From Nitrospirota bacterium (lineage in GTDB: Bacteria; Nitrospirota; UBA9217), in contig CAVVUN010000009.1 of assembly GCA_963751455.1 (NCBI GenBank), positions 32,001 to 96,000 on the forward strand: DNA of 64,000 nucleotides, given 5' to 3'. The notes beneath the pieces were generated by a model. It ran no database searches and had not been told where the DNA came from. It saw only the letters and a program-made list of their open reading frames with translations. Within the stretch, counting starts at the first letter, position 1. Each line of letters begins with the position of its first letter. A program made the translations under genes and the position numbers. Shown here piece by piece: positions 38,663 through 48,906 of the stretch.

Positions 38663-39150
38663 TAAAGCAGTTTGTAGAGAAGCGATTGCACGATATTGAT
38701 ACGTATCATCCGGAAGTAGAAATTGAGCGGTACAGCATTCAGGAGGATCATGTACATCTGATAATCATCATTCCGCCAAAATATGCAGTGTCGGCGATCG
38801 TCGGAAAGATCAAGGCAAATACGAGTAGGGAAATAAGAAAACATTTCGATTGGATCAAGAGAGTATATTGGAGAAATGAGTTTTGGTCCCCTGGGTTCTT
38901 TTCTTCAACGGTAGGAATAAACGAAGAGGTAATCAAGAGGTACGTGGAGTTTCAAGAAAAGGTTGATAAAGGGCAGTTGAAGTTTGGGTTTTAAAAATAA
39001 GTGCCACGGGCGTAAGCCCGTGGGTATCTACTTGCGTCCAAGCTCTTTTTAAGATGATTAATGGTTTAAACATCTAAGGCGCATCGGCGGTTTTGTTCTT
39101 GAAAACCTCGTCCTTATAAGATATTATCTTACTATAGCTATATCCCTTGA

Positions 39151-39393
<243 letters not shown>

Positions 39394-40087
39394 AGCTTTG
39401 GATCGTCGAAAGCGGTCGTATTCGTATTCATCAAAGTGAAGAGACTGAAGAATAACAAATCGCCGGCACACCTCGCCCGTATCGTAGTTCCCGTAATCAC
39501 AGTCCTCCTTCTTTTTCGGTTCCTCTCGCCACCTCTCAGGGACACCGTCAGTTTCTCCCAGGCGATCTATGACCGGAGCGGAAAGCTGCTTCGTCTGACG
39601 CTCTCCCGGGATGATAAGTACCGCCTCTGGCTACCGCTTAAATCGATATCTCCTGTCCTGGTCAAAGCGACGCTCTTGCACGAAGACAAATGGTTCCGAT
39701 TTCATCCGGGTGTGAGTCCAATCTCTCTTGCCCGTGCTGTCTGGCATACCTACATCAAGAAGGACCGGAAAATCGGCGGGTCAACGATCACGATGCAGCT
39801 TGCTCGTATCCGCTATGAAATTAACTCGCGAACGATCACAGGCAAGGCGGCGCAGATATTTGCTGCTCTCTGGTTGGAGCTTCTTTATTCCAAGAATGAT
39901 ATCCTCGAAGCTTATCTCAACCTTGTGCCGTATGGCTTGAATATCGAAGGGGCAGGGGCGGCAAGCCTTATTTACTTTTATAAGAACGCAGACAAGCTTA
40001 TTCTGTCTAACGCGATTACCTTGAGCGTGATTCCGCAGAGCCCGGCTCGCAGAATTCCTACTTATCTGGAAGTAAGTAATCGGAAAG

Positions 40088-40197
40088 AAAATCCTCCTCA
40101 ATCCCCCTTTTCGAAAGGGGGAGAAAACAATACCCCCCTTCATTCCCCCCTTGCCAAGAGGGGAAGAGGGGTAACAACGGGGGGAGAGGGGGGATTT
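40088..40197. repeat. In-frame CCCCCTT/AAGGGGG nested hairpin in pbpC2
   Basis: Encodes NPPQSPFSKGGE...PLAKRGRG..GGEGGF; inverted arms aaatcc.../...ggattt. Confidence 0.8.
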
Positions 40198-40620
40198 GCA
40201 GGTAAAGACCTTCAGGCTGCCTGCGTCGCACTTTTCGCGAAATGGATCGAGAAAAATCCGAAGGACGGGGACCAAAAGGCTTTCATGGACATGCCCGTTG
40301 TTCTCAAACGTCCTTCTGACCTGCCGTTCCTGGCTCCGCACTTTGTGAACGAGGTGCGTAAGCTCAATCCCTTTGACCCCGTGCTTCATACCACGCTCGA
40401 TCTTAAACTGCAGAAACTTATTGAGCGGCATGTCCGCAGCTACGTTGATGGGAACAGGCAGAAGGGAATCAATAATGCTGCCGTGCTTCTTGCCGACGCT
40501 CGTACAATGGAAGTTAGGTCCCTGATCGGGTCGGCAAATTTCTTTGATCCCAGGATCGACGGACAGGTGAATGGCGCCTAGGCTAAACGTTCGCCCGGCT
40601 CTGCACTCAAGCCTTTTATC

Positions 40621-40789
40621 CTAAAAACGGCATTTGAACACGGATGAACACGGAAACAGCGGATCAAAACAATGTGATAGAGCAAAAAGCCATCTCGCCT
40701 TTTGGGTGAATCCATTACTGTTCGTAACTTCCTATAAATCCGTGTTGATCAGATTTTATCCGTGTCCAACTGCTTTTTTCAGGTTTATC
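40621..40789 (+). mobile_element. 169-bp palindromic non-autonomous element, copy 2
   Basis: Removing it restores AAG CCT TTT ATC TAC GGT (KPFIYG); TTTATC at both junctions; identical to 11640-11808. Confidence 0.93.
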
Positions 40790-41176
40790 TACGGTTTAGG
40801 CATAGACCAGGGGATTATCCATCCTCTCACCATGCTGAAGGATGCGCCCATGAGCTTCGGTGCCTATAATCCTGAGAACTTTGATAATGATTTTGCCGGA
40901 CCGATCAAGGCATGGGATGCCCTGGTTAAAAGCAGGAATGTTCCGGCCGTTTATATCGTATCGCGTCTTTCTCCGCCTGGATTGCACGGATTTCTGCTCA
41001 AGGCCGGGATTACGCGCATGAAGGACGAATCCTTTTACGGGATGTCTCTGGCTTTAGGAAGTTCGGAAGTGACCATGGAGGAGCTGGTAAAACTCTATGC
41101 CATGCTTGCGAATGGGGGAGTTCTAAAGCCGCTCAAATTTTTCAGTGCATCTTTCTCTATCAGTAAAGTCTCGCAC

Positions 41177-41227
41177 CGTCATTCCGGGCTTGACCCGGAA
41201 TCCAGTGATAATCTTGACAAGACGCTG
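41177..41227. repeat. REP/RPE-like palindrome, left half (right half at 43133-43157); target of the intron
   Basis: cgtcattccgggcttgacccggaatcca...ctg|gattcccgctttcgcgggaatgacg; the joined frame reads RHSGLDPES...LDSRFRGND. Confidence 0.85.
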
Positions 41228-43132
41228 ATAGGGGTAGGGACGACGCATTGATTTGCGCCGCCCCTCCCTCCGAACCGGACTGGCGGATTTCCCGCATCCG
41301 GCTCTCCAGTTGGTGGTTTTACCTTACCAAGGACTGACGTAGCTGCGACAAGGGCGTCTTCAAGGCTGAACAGCCCATGTGCATGAAAGAATTTGTTTGG
41401 CCAGCGCATATGATCGTATCCAAGGCTTATTCCCTGCCGCTTGCTGCGTTTGCGCAGTATGCTCCGCAAGCGCCTTCTTACCCAGCCGTCGAGCGGCGGA
41501 AAGGTCCATTTGTCGGCTATGTTTGAAATATTCAAACCAGCCCCGCAGGGTGTGGTTGACCTTCTTCGATGATTTCAGCCAGGCTCTTCCCGTTGCTGCG
41601 TTTCGTCTTCTCTCGTATGGCGTCTTTGAGTTTCTTCAGGCTCTTCTGGCGAGGGCAACCGCATTCCCTGCTCGAAGTGGTAGCCGAGAAAGTCAAATCC
41701 GCCTTCCGGCGTCGTCGTATCCACCAGCCGCGTTTTGTCGGGGTGCAGCGTCAGTCCCCGTTCCGTCAGCATCGTGCGCACTTTCTCCATTGCGGAGCTT
41801 GCTTCCTCCCGGCTGCGGCACAGGATCACGAAGTCGTCCGCGTAGCGGATCATCTGATACCCCGCCTGCGCCATGGCGACATCCACCGGATGGAGATAGA
41901 GGTTTGCAAGCAACGGGCTGATCACTGCTCCCTGCGGCGTCCCGGCTTCGGGCGTCCACAGCTTCAGTTCTTCCAGGATTTCCTGCTTCAGGAATGCCTC
42001 GATCAGCTCCAATACGCGCCCGTCGGCGATATACTTGCGTACCTCGGCCATGAGCGGTTCGTGGGGGATGCTGTCGAAGTATGCCTTGATGTCCGCATCC
42101 ACCACATGCGTATAGCCCGCCTCCAAGAGTTGATCCACTTCCCGCAAGGCGTCTTTGCATCCGCGTTTCGGACGGAATCCATAGCTGTGTTCGACGAACT
42201 CCTTCTCAAGATGGGCTCGATCACCATGCGCACCGCCGTCTGTGTTACGCGGTCCCGGACCGTCGGTATGCCCAACGGTCTCTTTTCCTTGCTGCCCGGC
42301 TTGTCGATATACGTCCGCCGGATGGGGCGGGGACAGTGGCTGTCCGTGCGTATTTCCTCTTCCAAGCGCGCAAGATTCGTCGCGTAGTTGCTCTCAAACG
42401 CCTCGATGCTTTGATGGTCCGAGCCGGCCGCCCCTTTGTTCGCCCTGACTTTAAGCCAGGCCGCTTCCAGGGTGGTCGGTCTGTATACCTTATCGATCAG
42501 GCTGAACCAAACGCCTCCTTTCACCCCTCGTTCGAGGGCCTCCAGCATGCGGTCCGTCCACACCGATCGTTCCACCCAGTCCCATCGTCTGGGGCCGGCT
42601 TCTCCCGTTTGTTTAGTCCCGCCGATGCGGGACACTGCCGCGGGTTGTGCTTCGTTCGGCGCGGCCTTCACGCATCCACCTTCCTGCACCCCTTGGCTCC
42701 ACGGGCATTACCCCGCTTCTTCGCTACTATGGGGCTCTGACTCCTGCCCAACTGACTCTTTCAGGGCAATGAACACTCCTTGCGCCGGGCAGGTCTCCCT
42801 GGTTCACCTCGCGCAACCTTCCATGCATTCCGTCACCAACCACCCGGCGCGCCCTGTCCTCGCTTTCTCCTGTCCGCCCAGCGTGACAGGCTTCCTGGGT
42901 CGTGCCGCCCGCCGGGGCTGCCGCACTTGCCAGGTCTGGACTTCGCCATGAATCGCAGGCTCGTCGCTACGCACGGCCGAATCGTGTTCGTCGTTATCCT
43001 ACGGACTGCATGTTCGCCTCCGGTTGCTCTCCACCCCGCCTCGCGGCGACGCAGTTACCTTCGGCTACCGGGAGTGGGCATCTCCCGGGAGAGGACTTTC
43101 ACCTCTCCGATCGCGCCTGCTCCCAGGCGCAC
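41228..43132 (-). mobile_element. Group II intron (~1905 nt)
   Basis: 5' GTGCGCC at 43132; domain V/VI GAGCCGGATGCGGGAAATCCGCCAGTCCGGTTCGGAGGGAGGGG..CCTACCCCTAT ending at 41228; the flanks rejoin in frame. Confidence 0.93.
41318..42689 (-). pseudogene. ltrA: Intron-encoded reverse transcriptase/maturase with four apparent frameshifts and no En domain
   Basis: RPLGIPTVRDRV, SYGFRP, DADIKAYFD, GTPQGAVISP, RYADDF, FDFLGY, LRGWFEYF; single-base indels near 42207, 41655, 41561 and 41515; ends approximate. Confidence 0.88.
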
Positions 43133-44090
43133 GATTCCCGCTTTCGCGGGAATGACGAACAAGATAATACGCGACTTCTCAGCAAGGAAGCCTCATACCT
43201 CGTGCTGGACATGCTCGCAACGAACCCGCCTCCCTATCAGGGATTCCGCAATGAATGGTTGCGAGATTCGACTAAGGTTCCATGGAAAACAGGCACTTCC
43301 TTCGGTTTCCGTGACGCGTGGTCAATCGGAATCGTCGGTCCTTATGTGCTTGCGGTCTGGATTGGGAACTTCGACGGGGAAGGCAACCCTGCATTCATAG
43401 GACGGGAGGCTGCTGCTCCATTGTTTTTTGAGATCATTGACTCCCTGAAATCACAGGATTCCGAGATAGGTAATTTCTCGGGTCACGGTCTCGCTGACTT
43501 GAACCTGTCCAAAGTGGAGGTCTGTGCTCTATCCGGCGGTCTTCCGGGACCCGACTGCGCTAACCGGGTCTCCACCTGGTTCATTCCAGGCAAGTCGCCC
43601 ATTGTGAAATGTGATGTTCACAGAAGAATATACATTAATACGCGAACTGGCCTGCGAGCCTGCATTGACGGCGCGCCGGGGACCAGGTCCGCGGTATATG
43701 AGTTCTGGTCCTCAGATCTTCTGGCGATCTTCCTTCAGAGCGGCATTACGCGTCGCGTGCCTCCGCCTTATGAACCGGGATGCAGCATGGAGAAAACATC
43801 GACAAAGGGGGCCGGCCCTCAAATCACCTCTCCCCGGGAAGGGGTGGTCTACAGCCTAAGGGCGGCATCGCTGAAGGACGAGCGGGTACCGCTGACCGCA
43901 GTTACTGATGCGGATACGCGTATTGTGCATTGGTTTGCAAATGAAGAGTATCTGGGCTATTCCGAGAGCGGAAAGACGTTCTTCTGGACGCCCAGGTCAG
44001 GGAAGTTCGCGATGCGCGCTGTTGACGACCAGGGCCGATCAGCTGTGAGGGATGTGGTCACAAGGATCGTAGATTAGTTACTAAAAAGTA

Positions 44091-44256
44091 AAATTCTTCT
44101 CAAGATGGCAAGAAAATTCAGCCACAGAGGTCACAGAGCACACAGAGAACGGCTTGAAACAATTTCATAAATCCAGGCTTTGCTTTATATTTCTCCTCTG
44201 TGAACTCTGTGTGCTCTGTGGCAAAAAGGTTTTGGTTCCGGCTTGTCCGGGTTAGG
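44091..44256 (-). repeat. Composite palindromic element with CACAGAG arms and the same outer ends as 32511-32715
   Basis: cttctcaagatggcaagaa..gccacagaggtcacagag..ctctgtgtgctctgtggc..ttttggttccggcttgtccgggttagg. Confidence 0.8.
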
Positions 44257-44482
44257 CAGGATGGCAATATTCTTCAAAGTATGAAATGAAAAAACAGAGG
44301 CGGGTTTTTATGCTGCGCCCTAGCATTAAATTAGTGTTTTCGCTGAATAGTATGCCTCCATGGTTTTATTCCTTCTTTTCTCTCTTCTCCCAATCGTGTA
44401 TAATTGGGTGAAGCAGCAAATAACAGCGTTCAGCAATCAGCAGTCAGTGTCAAACTGTCAGAGAGAAATCTTTAAGCATAGC

Positions 44483-45250
44483 ATGAAATCCAAGACCGAA
44501 ACGATCATCATCAGCAGCATGAACCTGGGCGAGGCTGACAAGCTCGTTAGCTTCTTCTCGCTCGACCGGGGCATGTTGAAGGGCGTGGCAAAGAACGCCA
44601 GGAAATCCTTCAAGCGCTTTGGCGCGGGGCTGGAGTCGTTCACCTATTGCCGGCTGCACCTGTTTGAACGCGAGCACCAGGAACTGATCCGGATCGAGTC
44701 CGCGGACATCATTGAGCAGCATTCATCGATCGGGGCAGATCTAAGCAGAAGCGCTGCAGGGGCCGTCATGCTAGAAATGGTGCGGGAAATGTCGCCCCTT
44801 GGAGAGCGCAACGCCTCTGCCTTCCTGCTTCTCTCGCATACACTCGATCTGCTGAACGACGGTGCGGACCCGTTCTTCCTGCTCAGGATATTCGAGATCA
44901 AGTTTCTTTCACTCCTCGGATACCAGCCAAAGCTTGATCACTGCCTTTCATGCGGAGCCCAGCCGAAAGGGGACATGATCTTCGAGGCCATGAAAGGCGG
45001 CATACTATGCTCTGATTGCGTGGTCTCTTCCGGAGATCAGCAGGTAAGGCTCACGCCCGGCTCAGTCGGGTTTTATTACCACGCGCTCAGAATGGACATG
45101 GACAAGGTGTGCCGGCTCAAACCCTCACCTGTCATGATGCAGGAGCTGGACAATGCCTTTTCAGCTCATCTCCTGAATATTATGGGGAAACGGCTCAAGT
45201 CGATCGAGTTCCTGCGGACCGTCAGGTCGGTGGAACCACACAAAGATTGA
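44483..45250 (+). CDS. recO: DNA repair protein RecO
   Basis: GEADKLV, VAKNARKSFKRFGAGLE, FEIKFLSLLGYQP and a CxxC..CxxC zinc finger. Confidence 0.95.
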   Translation: MKSKTETIIISSMNLGEADKLVSFFSLDRGMLKGVAKNARKSFKRFGAGLESFTYCRLHLFEREHQELIRIESADIIEQHSSIGADLSRSAAGAVMLEMVREMSPLGERNASAFLLLSHTLDLLNDGADPFFLLRIFEIKFLSLLGYQPKLDHCLSCGAQPKGDMIFEAMKGGILCSDCVVSSGDQQVRLTPGSVGFYYHALRMDMDKVCRLKPSPVMMQELDNAFSAHLLNIMGKRLKSIEFLRTVRSVEPHKD

Positions 45251-45251
45251 T

Positions 45252-45442
45252 TTGGCCACGGAGATTCACGGATCGACACGGATCAAAGATAAAGACGTTT
45301 TGCCGCGAATGAACGCAAATAAATGCTCATAGTTTTAAAGACAAGTGTGAAGAGAGCATAGTCGAGTGAATACTATTTAGCAAGACGTTTGTCATCGACG
45401 TGTTCTCTAATTCGGAATAATTCGCATATATTCGCGGCCAAT
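45252..45442. repeat. Stacked palindromic arms (CACGGAT and CGCGAAT types)
   Basis: ggccacggagattcacggatcgacacggat; gccgcgaatgaacgcaaat...attcgcatatattcgcggc. Confidence 0.65.
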
Positions 45443-45507
45443 ATTGTCTTTTTTCTCTTTGACTTTGATTTGCCTCTATGCTATAAAACGTTACAAATAC
45501 ATCGATC

Positions 45508-45663
45508 ACATCCAGGCGAAGGGAATCCCGTGTAAATCGGGAGCGGACCCGCCGCTGTAATCCCGGCCCGAAAGGGCCTTATATCTCTGCTGAAGCAAGC
45601 CACTGATCAATCTGATTGGGAAGGCAGGCAGGGATGGGAGAGCCAGAAGACCTGCTTGGATGT
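45508..45663 (+). ncRNA. Cobalamin riboswitch 1
   Basis: AGGGAATCCCG-TGTAAAT-CGGG, CCCGCCGCTGTAA, GCCACTG, GGGAAGGC, B12 box AGCCAGAAGACCTGC; P1 acatccaggc/gcttggatgt. Confidence 0.92.
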
Positions 45664-45716
45664 TCTCGCACAGTCTTCGGCGTTAAGATCCTGTGTGGGT
45701 TAATACCACGTTATTA

Positions 45717-45751
45717 ATCCCCAGTCTTCAGAAGACTGGGGATTTTTTTTT
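45717..45751 (+). terminator. Intrinsic terminator (expression platform of riboswitch 1)
   Basis: AATCCCCAGTCTTC-a-GAAGACTGGGGATT plus a T-run. Confidence 0.9.
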
Positions 45752-45790
45752 GGTCCATTCGAAACCACGTGATGAAGGTAAACAAGATTT

Positions 45791-45899
45791 GAACCACGGG
45801 TTCGCTTCGCGAACACACAGTGAAGCGGGATAAAAAATGGGAAGTACCCAAGTTAATCTGTGTTTATCCGTGTGTCGCGATTCATTGCGACCTGTGGTT
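45791..45899. repeat. Palindromic element between the riboswitches; each arm is interrupted by a mini-hairpin
   Basis: aaccacgg[gttcgcttcgcgaac]acacag...ctgtgtttatccgtgt[gtcgcgattcattgcgac]ctgtggtt. Confidence 0.7.
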
Positions 45900-45917
45900 A
45901 CAAAAGAATACAAACAG

Positions 45918-46102
45918 GAATAAGAAACGGAAAGGGGTGCGATTCCCCTGCTGTCGCGCAACTGTAATGGAAGCGAAAGCCGATCATGCCACTGGAAGCG
46001 CCGTTCAAGCCGATTGAACCGTTTAAGCGGTTTAAACAGTTTGAACCATTGTTCTGGGAAGGCCGGCGAGTAGATTGTCCAGAGCCAGGAGACGTCTTAT
46101 TC
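45918..46102 (+). ncRNA. Cobalamin riboswitch 2
   Basis: CGGAAAGGGG-TGCGATT-CCCCT, CGCGCAACTGTAA, GCCACTGG, CTGGGAAGGC, AGCCAGGAGAC; P1 gaataaga/tcttattc. Confidence 0.9.
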
Positions 46103-46224
46103 AAATTTTCCCGCACAAGGAGATATGCATGATCAGGACAAAACCGCCTCTGTTGGCATAAAGGGACCTATGCTGTTCGGGAAGTTGGTTCGACAATCAA
46201 AATAAAAACAGAGGAGATTACACA

Positions 46225-47271
46225 ATGGATCATATTCTCAGCAGGATATCAGCGGTAAACGGAGCACTGGCTGAAGAAGCACAAAAGCGTCTTGATAATC
46301 TTACAAAGCCGCTCGGCAGTCTTGGCAGGCTCGAGGAGTTCGCGAAAAGGGTCGTGTGTATGACCGGGAACACAATGCCTGTGCTCGATAAAAAGGTGAT
46401 GTTCACGTTTGCAGGCGACCACGGTATTGCAAACGAAGGCGTTTCTGCTTACCCCAAAGAGGTCACGCCCCAGATGGTGCTCAATTTTGTTCGCGGCGGC
46501 GCTGGAATTAACGTACTTGCGCGGCATGCGGGCGCGGATGTGGTTGTCGTGGACATCGGAGTAAATTATGATTTCGGCGACGTGCCCGGTCTCCTTTCCA
46601 GGAAAGTCATGCGCGGGACTGCAAACATGTACAAGGGGCCTGCTATGACAAGAGAGCAGGCCAAGCAATGCCTCCAGGTAGGCATCGACCTTGCCCGGGA
46701 GTATGCAAAGAAGGGCTATCGCATTTACGGCACCGGAGATATGGGTATCGGAAATACCACACCTTCAAGCGCGATTGCATCCGTACTCACCGGAACTCCT
46801 GTTTCCGACGTGACCGGCAGAGGGACGGGGATAAACGATGAATCGTTCAAAAAGAAGATCGCGATCATTGAGAAATGCATTGCCCAAAACCGGCCGGACC
46901 CGAAGGACCCGATCGATGTTCTCGCAAAAGTAGGCGGCGCCGAAATCGGCGGTATTGCAGGGCTCATCCTGGGTGCGGCCTCCGAACGCATTCCGGTCAT
47001 CGTCGACGGATTCATCTCAACTGCGGGTGCGTTGATCGCATATGAGCTCGAGCCGAAAACCGCGGACTACATGTTCGCCGGACATTCCTCGGTAGAGATA
47101 GGCCAAAAGGCGATGCTAAAGAAAATGGGCCTTTCTCCGATCCTGGATTTCAACCTGAGACTCGGCGAAGGCACCGGAGCCGCTCTCGCAATGATCATGA
47201 TAGAGGCAGGGGTAAAGATTTACCGCGAGATGGCCACGTTCGGCGAAGCCGGGGTGTCGGAAAAAGCGTAG
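46225..47271 (+). CDS. cobT: Nicotinate-nucleotide--benzimidazole phosphoribosyltransferase
   Basis: [42 protein letters not shown]. Confidence 0.97.
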   Translation: MDHILSRISAVNGALAEEAQKRLDNLTKPLGSLGRLEEFAKRVVCMTGNTMPVLDKKVMFTFAGDHGIANEGVSAYPKEVTPQMVLNFVRGGAGINVLARHAGADVVVVDIGVNYDFGDVPGLLSRKVMRGTANMYKGPAMTREQAKQCLQVGIDLAREYAKKGYRIYGTGDMGIGNTTPSSAIASVLTGTPVSDVTGRGTGINDESFKKKIAIIEKCIAQNRPDPKDPIDVLAKVGGAEIGGIAGLILGAASERIPVIVDGFISTAGALIAYELEPKTADYMFAGHSSVEIGQKAMLKKMGLSPILDFNLRLGEGTGAALAMIMIEAGVKIYREMATFGEAGVSEKA

Positions 47272-47287
47272 CAACCGCGGGGACTCA

Positions 47288-47443
47288 TTCCAAAACTGCT
47301 TTTGGACACTGATGATCACGGAAACAACGGATAACAACAGGAACGGTTGGCTGAATGGATACGGTTCATAAGATCAAAACGCGTGGTTATTTTTAAAATC
47401 CGTGACGATTCGTTTTTCATCCGTGTCCTTATGCTCTTTCAGG
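47288..47443 (+). repeat. Diverged relative of the 169-bp element
   Basis: ccaaaactgcttttggacactgatgatcacggaaacaacggat...aatccgtg..catccgtgtcc..tgctctttcagg; both ends align to 40621-40783. Confidence 0.75.
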
Positions 47444-47459
47444 ACCATACGGAGAATGC

Positions 47460-48770
47460 ATGACCACACAAATAGAAAACGCCCGCAAAGGGCTTGTTAC
47501 TGATCAGATGAAGACGGTTGCCGTTGCTGAAAACGTATCAATCGACTACATCAGAAAAATGGTGGCGGAGGGGAAGATCGTGATCCCGTGGAACACGATC
47601 AGAAGGCCGAAAGCCGTCGGGATCGGCAAAGGGCTTGCGACAAAAGTCAATGCTTCGATCGGCACGTCGTCGGACATCATTGATTACGCGGCGGAGATCG
47701 GTAAAGCAAAAACTGCTGCCGCGGCCGGCGCGGACACGCTCATGGAGCTTTCCGTGGGAGGCGATCTGGACCGCGTTCGGTGCGAAGTGGTTGCAGCCGT
47801 CGATATCCCGGTCGGGAATGTTCCGTTGTATCAGGCTTTTTGCGAGGCAGGAAGGAAGTACGGCAACCCGAACAAATTAGACGAGGAAATGCTGTTCGAT
47901 CTGATCGAGAAGCAGTGTGAGGACGGAATTGCCTTCATGGCGATCCACTGTGGCATCAACCTCTACACCATCGAGCGTCTGAGAAAACAGGGGTACCGGT
48001 ACGGCGGGTTGGTGAGCAAGGGCGGGGTCAGCATGGTTGCCTGGATGATCGCCAACGAACGGGAAAATCCGCTGTATGAGAAATTCGACCGCGTCGTCTC
48101 TATTCTGAAAAAATACGATGTGGTTCTCTCGCTTGGTAATGGTTTACGGGCAGGAGCGATCCATGACTCTTCGGACCGGGCGCAGATACAGGAATTGATC
48201 ATCAACTGTGAGTTGGCTGAAATAGGCAGGGAAATGGGTTGCCAGATGCTGGTCGAGGGGCCGGGACACGTGCCGCTCGACGAGATCGAAGGGAACATCC
48301 AGCTGCAAAAACGGATGAGCGGAGGCGCTCCCTACTATATGCTTGGGCCGATATCCACCGACGTAGCGCCGGGTTTCGATCATATTACCGCGGCCATCGG
48401 CGCAGCGCAGTCGAGCCGCTTTGGCGCGGACTTGATCTGCTATATCACTCCTGCTGAACACCTCGCATTGCCGAATGAGGACGATGTGCGCCAGGGCGTG
48501 CAGGCAGCCAAGATCGCGGCTTACATCGGGGACATGAACAAATATCCTGAAAAGGGAAGAACGCGCGATATGGAAATGAGCAAAGCGCGCCGCGACCTCC
48601 ATTGGGAGAACCAGTTCAAGCTGGCGCTGTATCCGGCAGAAGCAATGGCAATTCGCAAAAGCCGCATGCCGGAGCATGAAGATTCCTGTACCATGTGCGG
48701 GAGTTTTTGTGCCGCGAAGGGGGCTAACAAACTTTTCGCTGATGACTTGAAGCAGAGTGTGAAATTGTAA
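47460..48770 (+). CDS. bzaF: ThiC-family radical SAM enzyme, most likely 5-hydroxybenzimidazole synthase BzaF
   Basis: TKVNASIGTS, MELSVGGD, EGPGH, CYITPAEHL, CTMCGSFC; next to cobT under B12 riboswitches; resembles Geobacter BzaF as recalled. Confidence 0.82.
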   Translation: MTTQIENARKGLVTDQMKTVAVAENVSIDYIRKMVAEGKIVIPWNTIRRPKAVGIGKGLATKVNASIGTSSDIIDYAAEIGKAKTAAAAGADTLMELSVGGDLDRVRCEVVAAVDIPVGNVPLYQAFCEAGRKYGNPNKLDEEMLFDLIEKQCEDGIAFMAIHCGINLYTIERLRKQGYRYGGLVSKGGVSMVAWMIANERENPLYEKFDRVVSILKKYDVVLSLGNGLRAGAIHDSSDRAQIQELIINCELAEIGREMGCQMLVEGPGHVPLDEIEGNIQLQKRMSGGAPYYMLGPISTDVAPGFDHITAAIGAAQSSRFGADLICYITPAEHLALPNEDDVRQGVQAAKIAAYIGDMNKYPEKGRTRDMEMSKARRDLHWENQFKLALYPAEAMAIRKSRMPEHEDSCTMCGSFCAAKGANKLFADDLKQSVKL

Positions 48771-48786
48771 AACCGATACAAAGGCA

Positions 48787-48888
48787 TTTTTCTCGCAAAG
48801 ACGCAAAGGGCGCAAAGAAATTTAAGAACTCTCTGTTTTTAAACCTTTGCGTTCTTTGCGAGCTTTGCGTGAGACGCTTTTGGTTCCG
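48787..48888. repeat. Palindromic element with CGCAAAG arms
   Basis: tctcgcaaagacgcaaagggcgcaaag...ctttgcgttctttgcgagctttgcgtgaga, then ttttggttccg. Confidence 0.8.
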
Positions 48889-48906
48889 AGTGATAAGGAG
48901 CAGTGA

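Larger units (their letters stand above)
37459..38994 (+). pseudogene. tnpA: IS200 Y1 transposase TnpA split by IS630
   Basis: MEIRHSAHGAYHHQYHIVWIPKYRKRILKGEL joins in frame to KQFVEK..DHVHL..KANTS..FWSPGFFSSTVG..IKRYV. Confidence 0.92.
37383..39024 (+). mobile_element. IS200/IS605-family element (tnpA only), interrupted by IS630
   Basis: Identical subterminal hairpins CCACGGGCGTAAGCCCGTGG at ~37385 and ~39004 flank a split tnpA; exact ends not resolved. Confidence 0.88.
39436..44077 (+). pseudogene. pbpC: Second PBP1C gene, disrupted by TAG (40579), a 169-bp element and an antisense group II intron
   Basis: EDKWF..HPGV and GGSTITMQ; RSPGSALKPFI|YGLG split by the element; SRNVPA; KTGTSFGFRDAW after the intron. 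Confidence 0.92.

Noticed and set aside
40579-40581. In-frame TAG in pbpC2 as pyrrolysine or recoding
   Set aside because: TAG is used as a normal stop elsewhere (for example cobT), and the gene has other inactivating lesions
41318-42689. RT as a DGR, retron or defence reverse transcriptase
   Set aside because: It has YADD, a maturase domain, a GTGCG 5' end and a domain V/VI 3' end; no TR/VR pair was seen
40634-43132. N-termini of ORFs 40634 and 42902 as novel proteins
   Set aside because: They are read-ins from the 169-bp element and from the intron into pbpC2 fragments
47460-48770. Thiamine biosynthesis thiC
   Set aside because: B12 riboswitch control, cobT adjacency and the absence of other thi genes favour bzaF; not fully excluded
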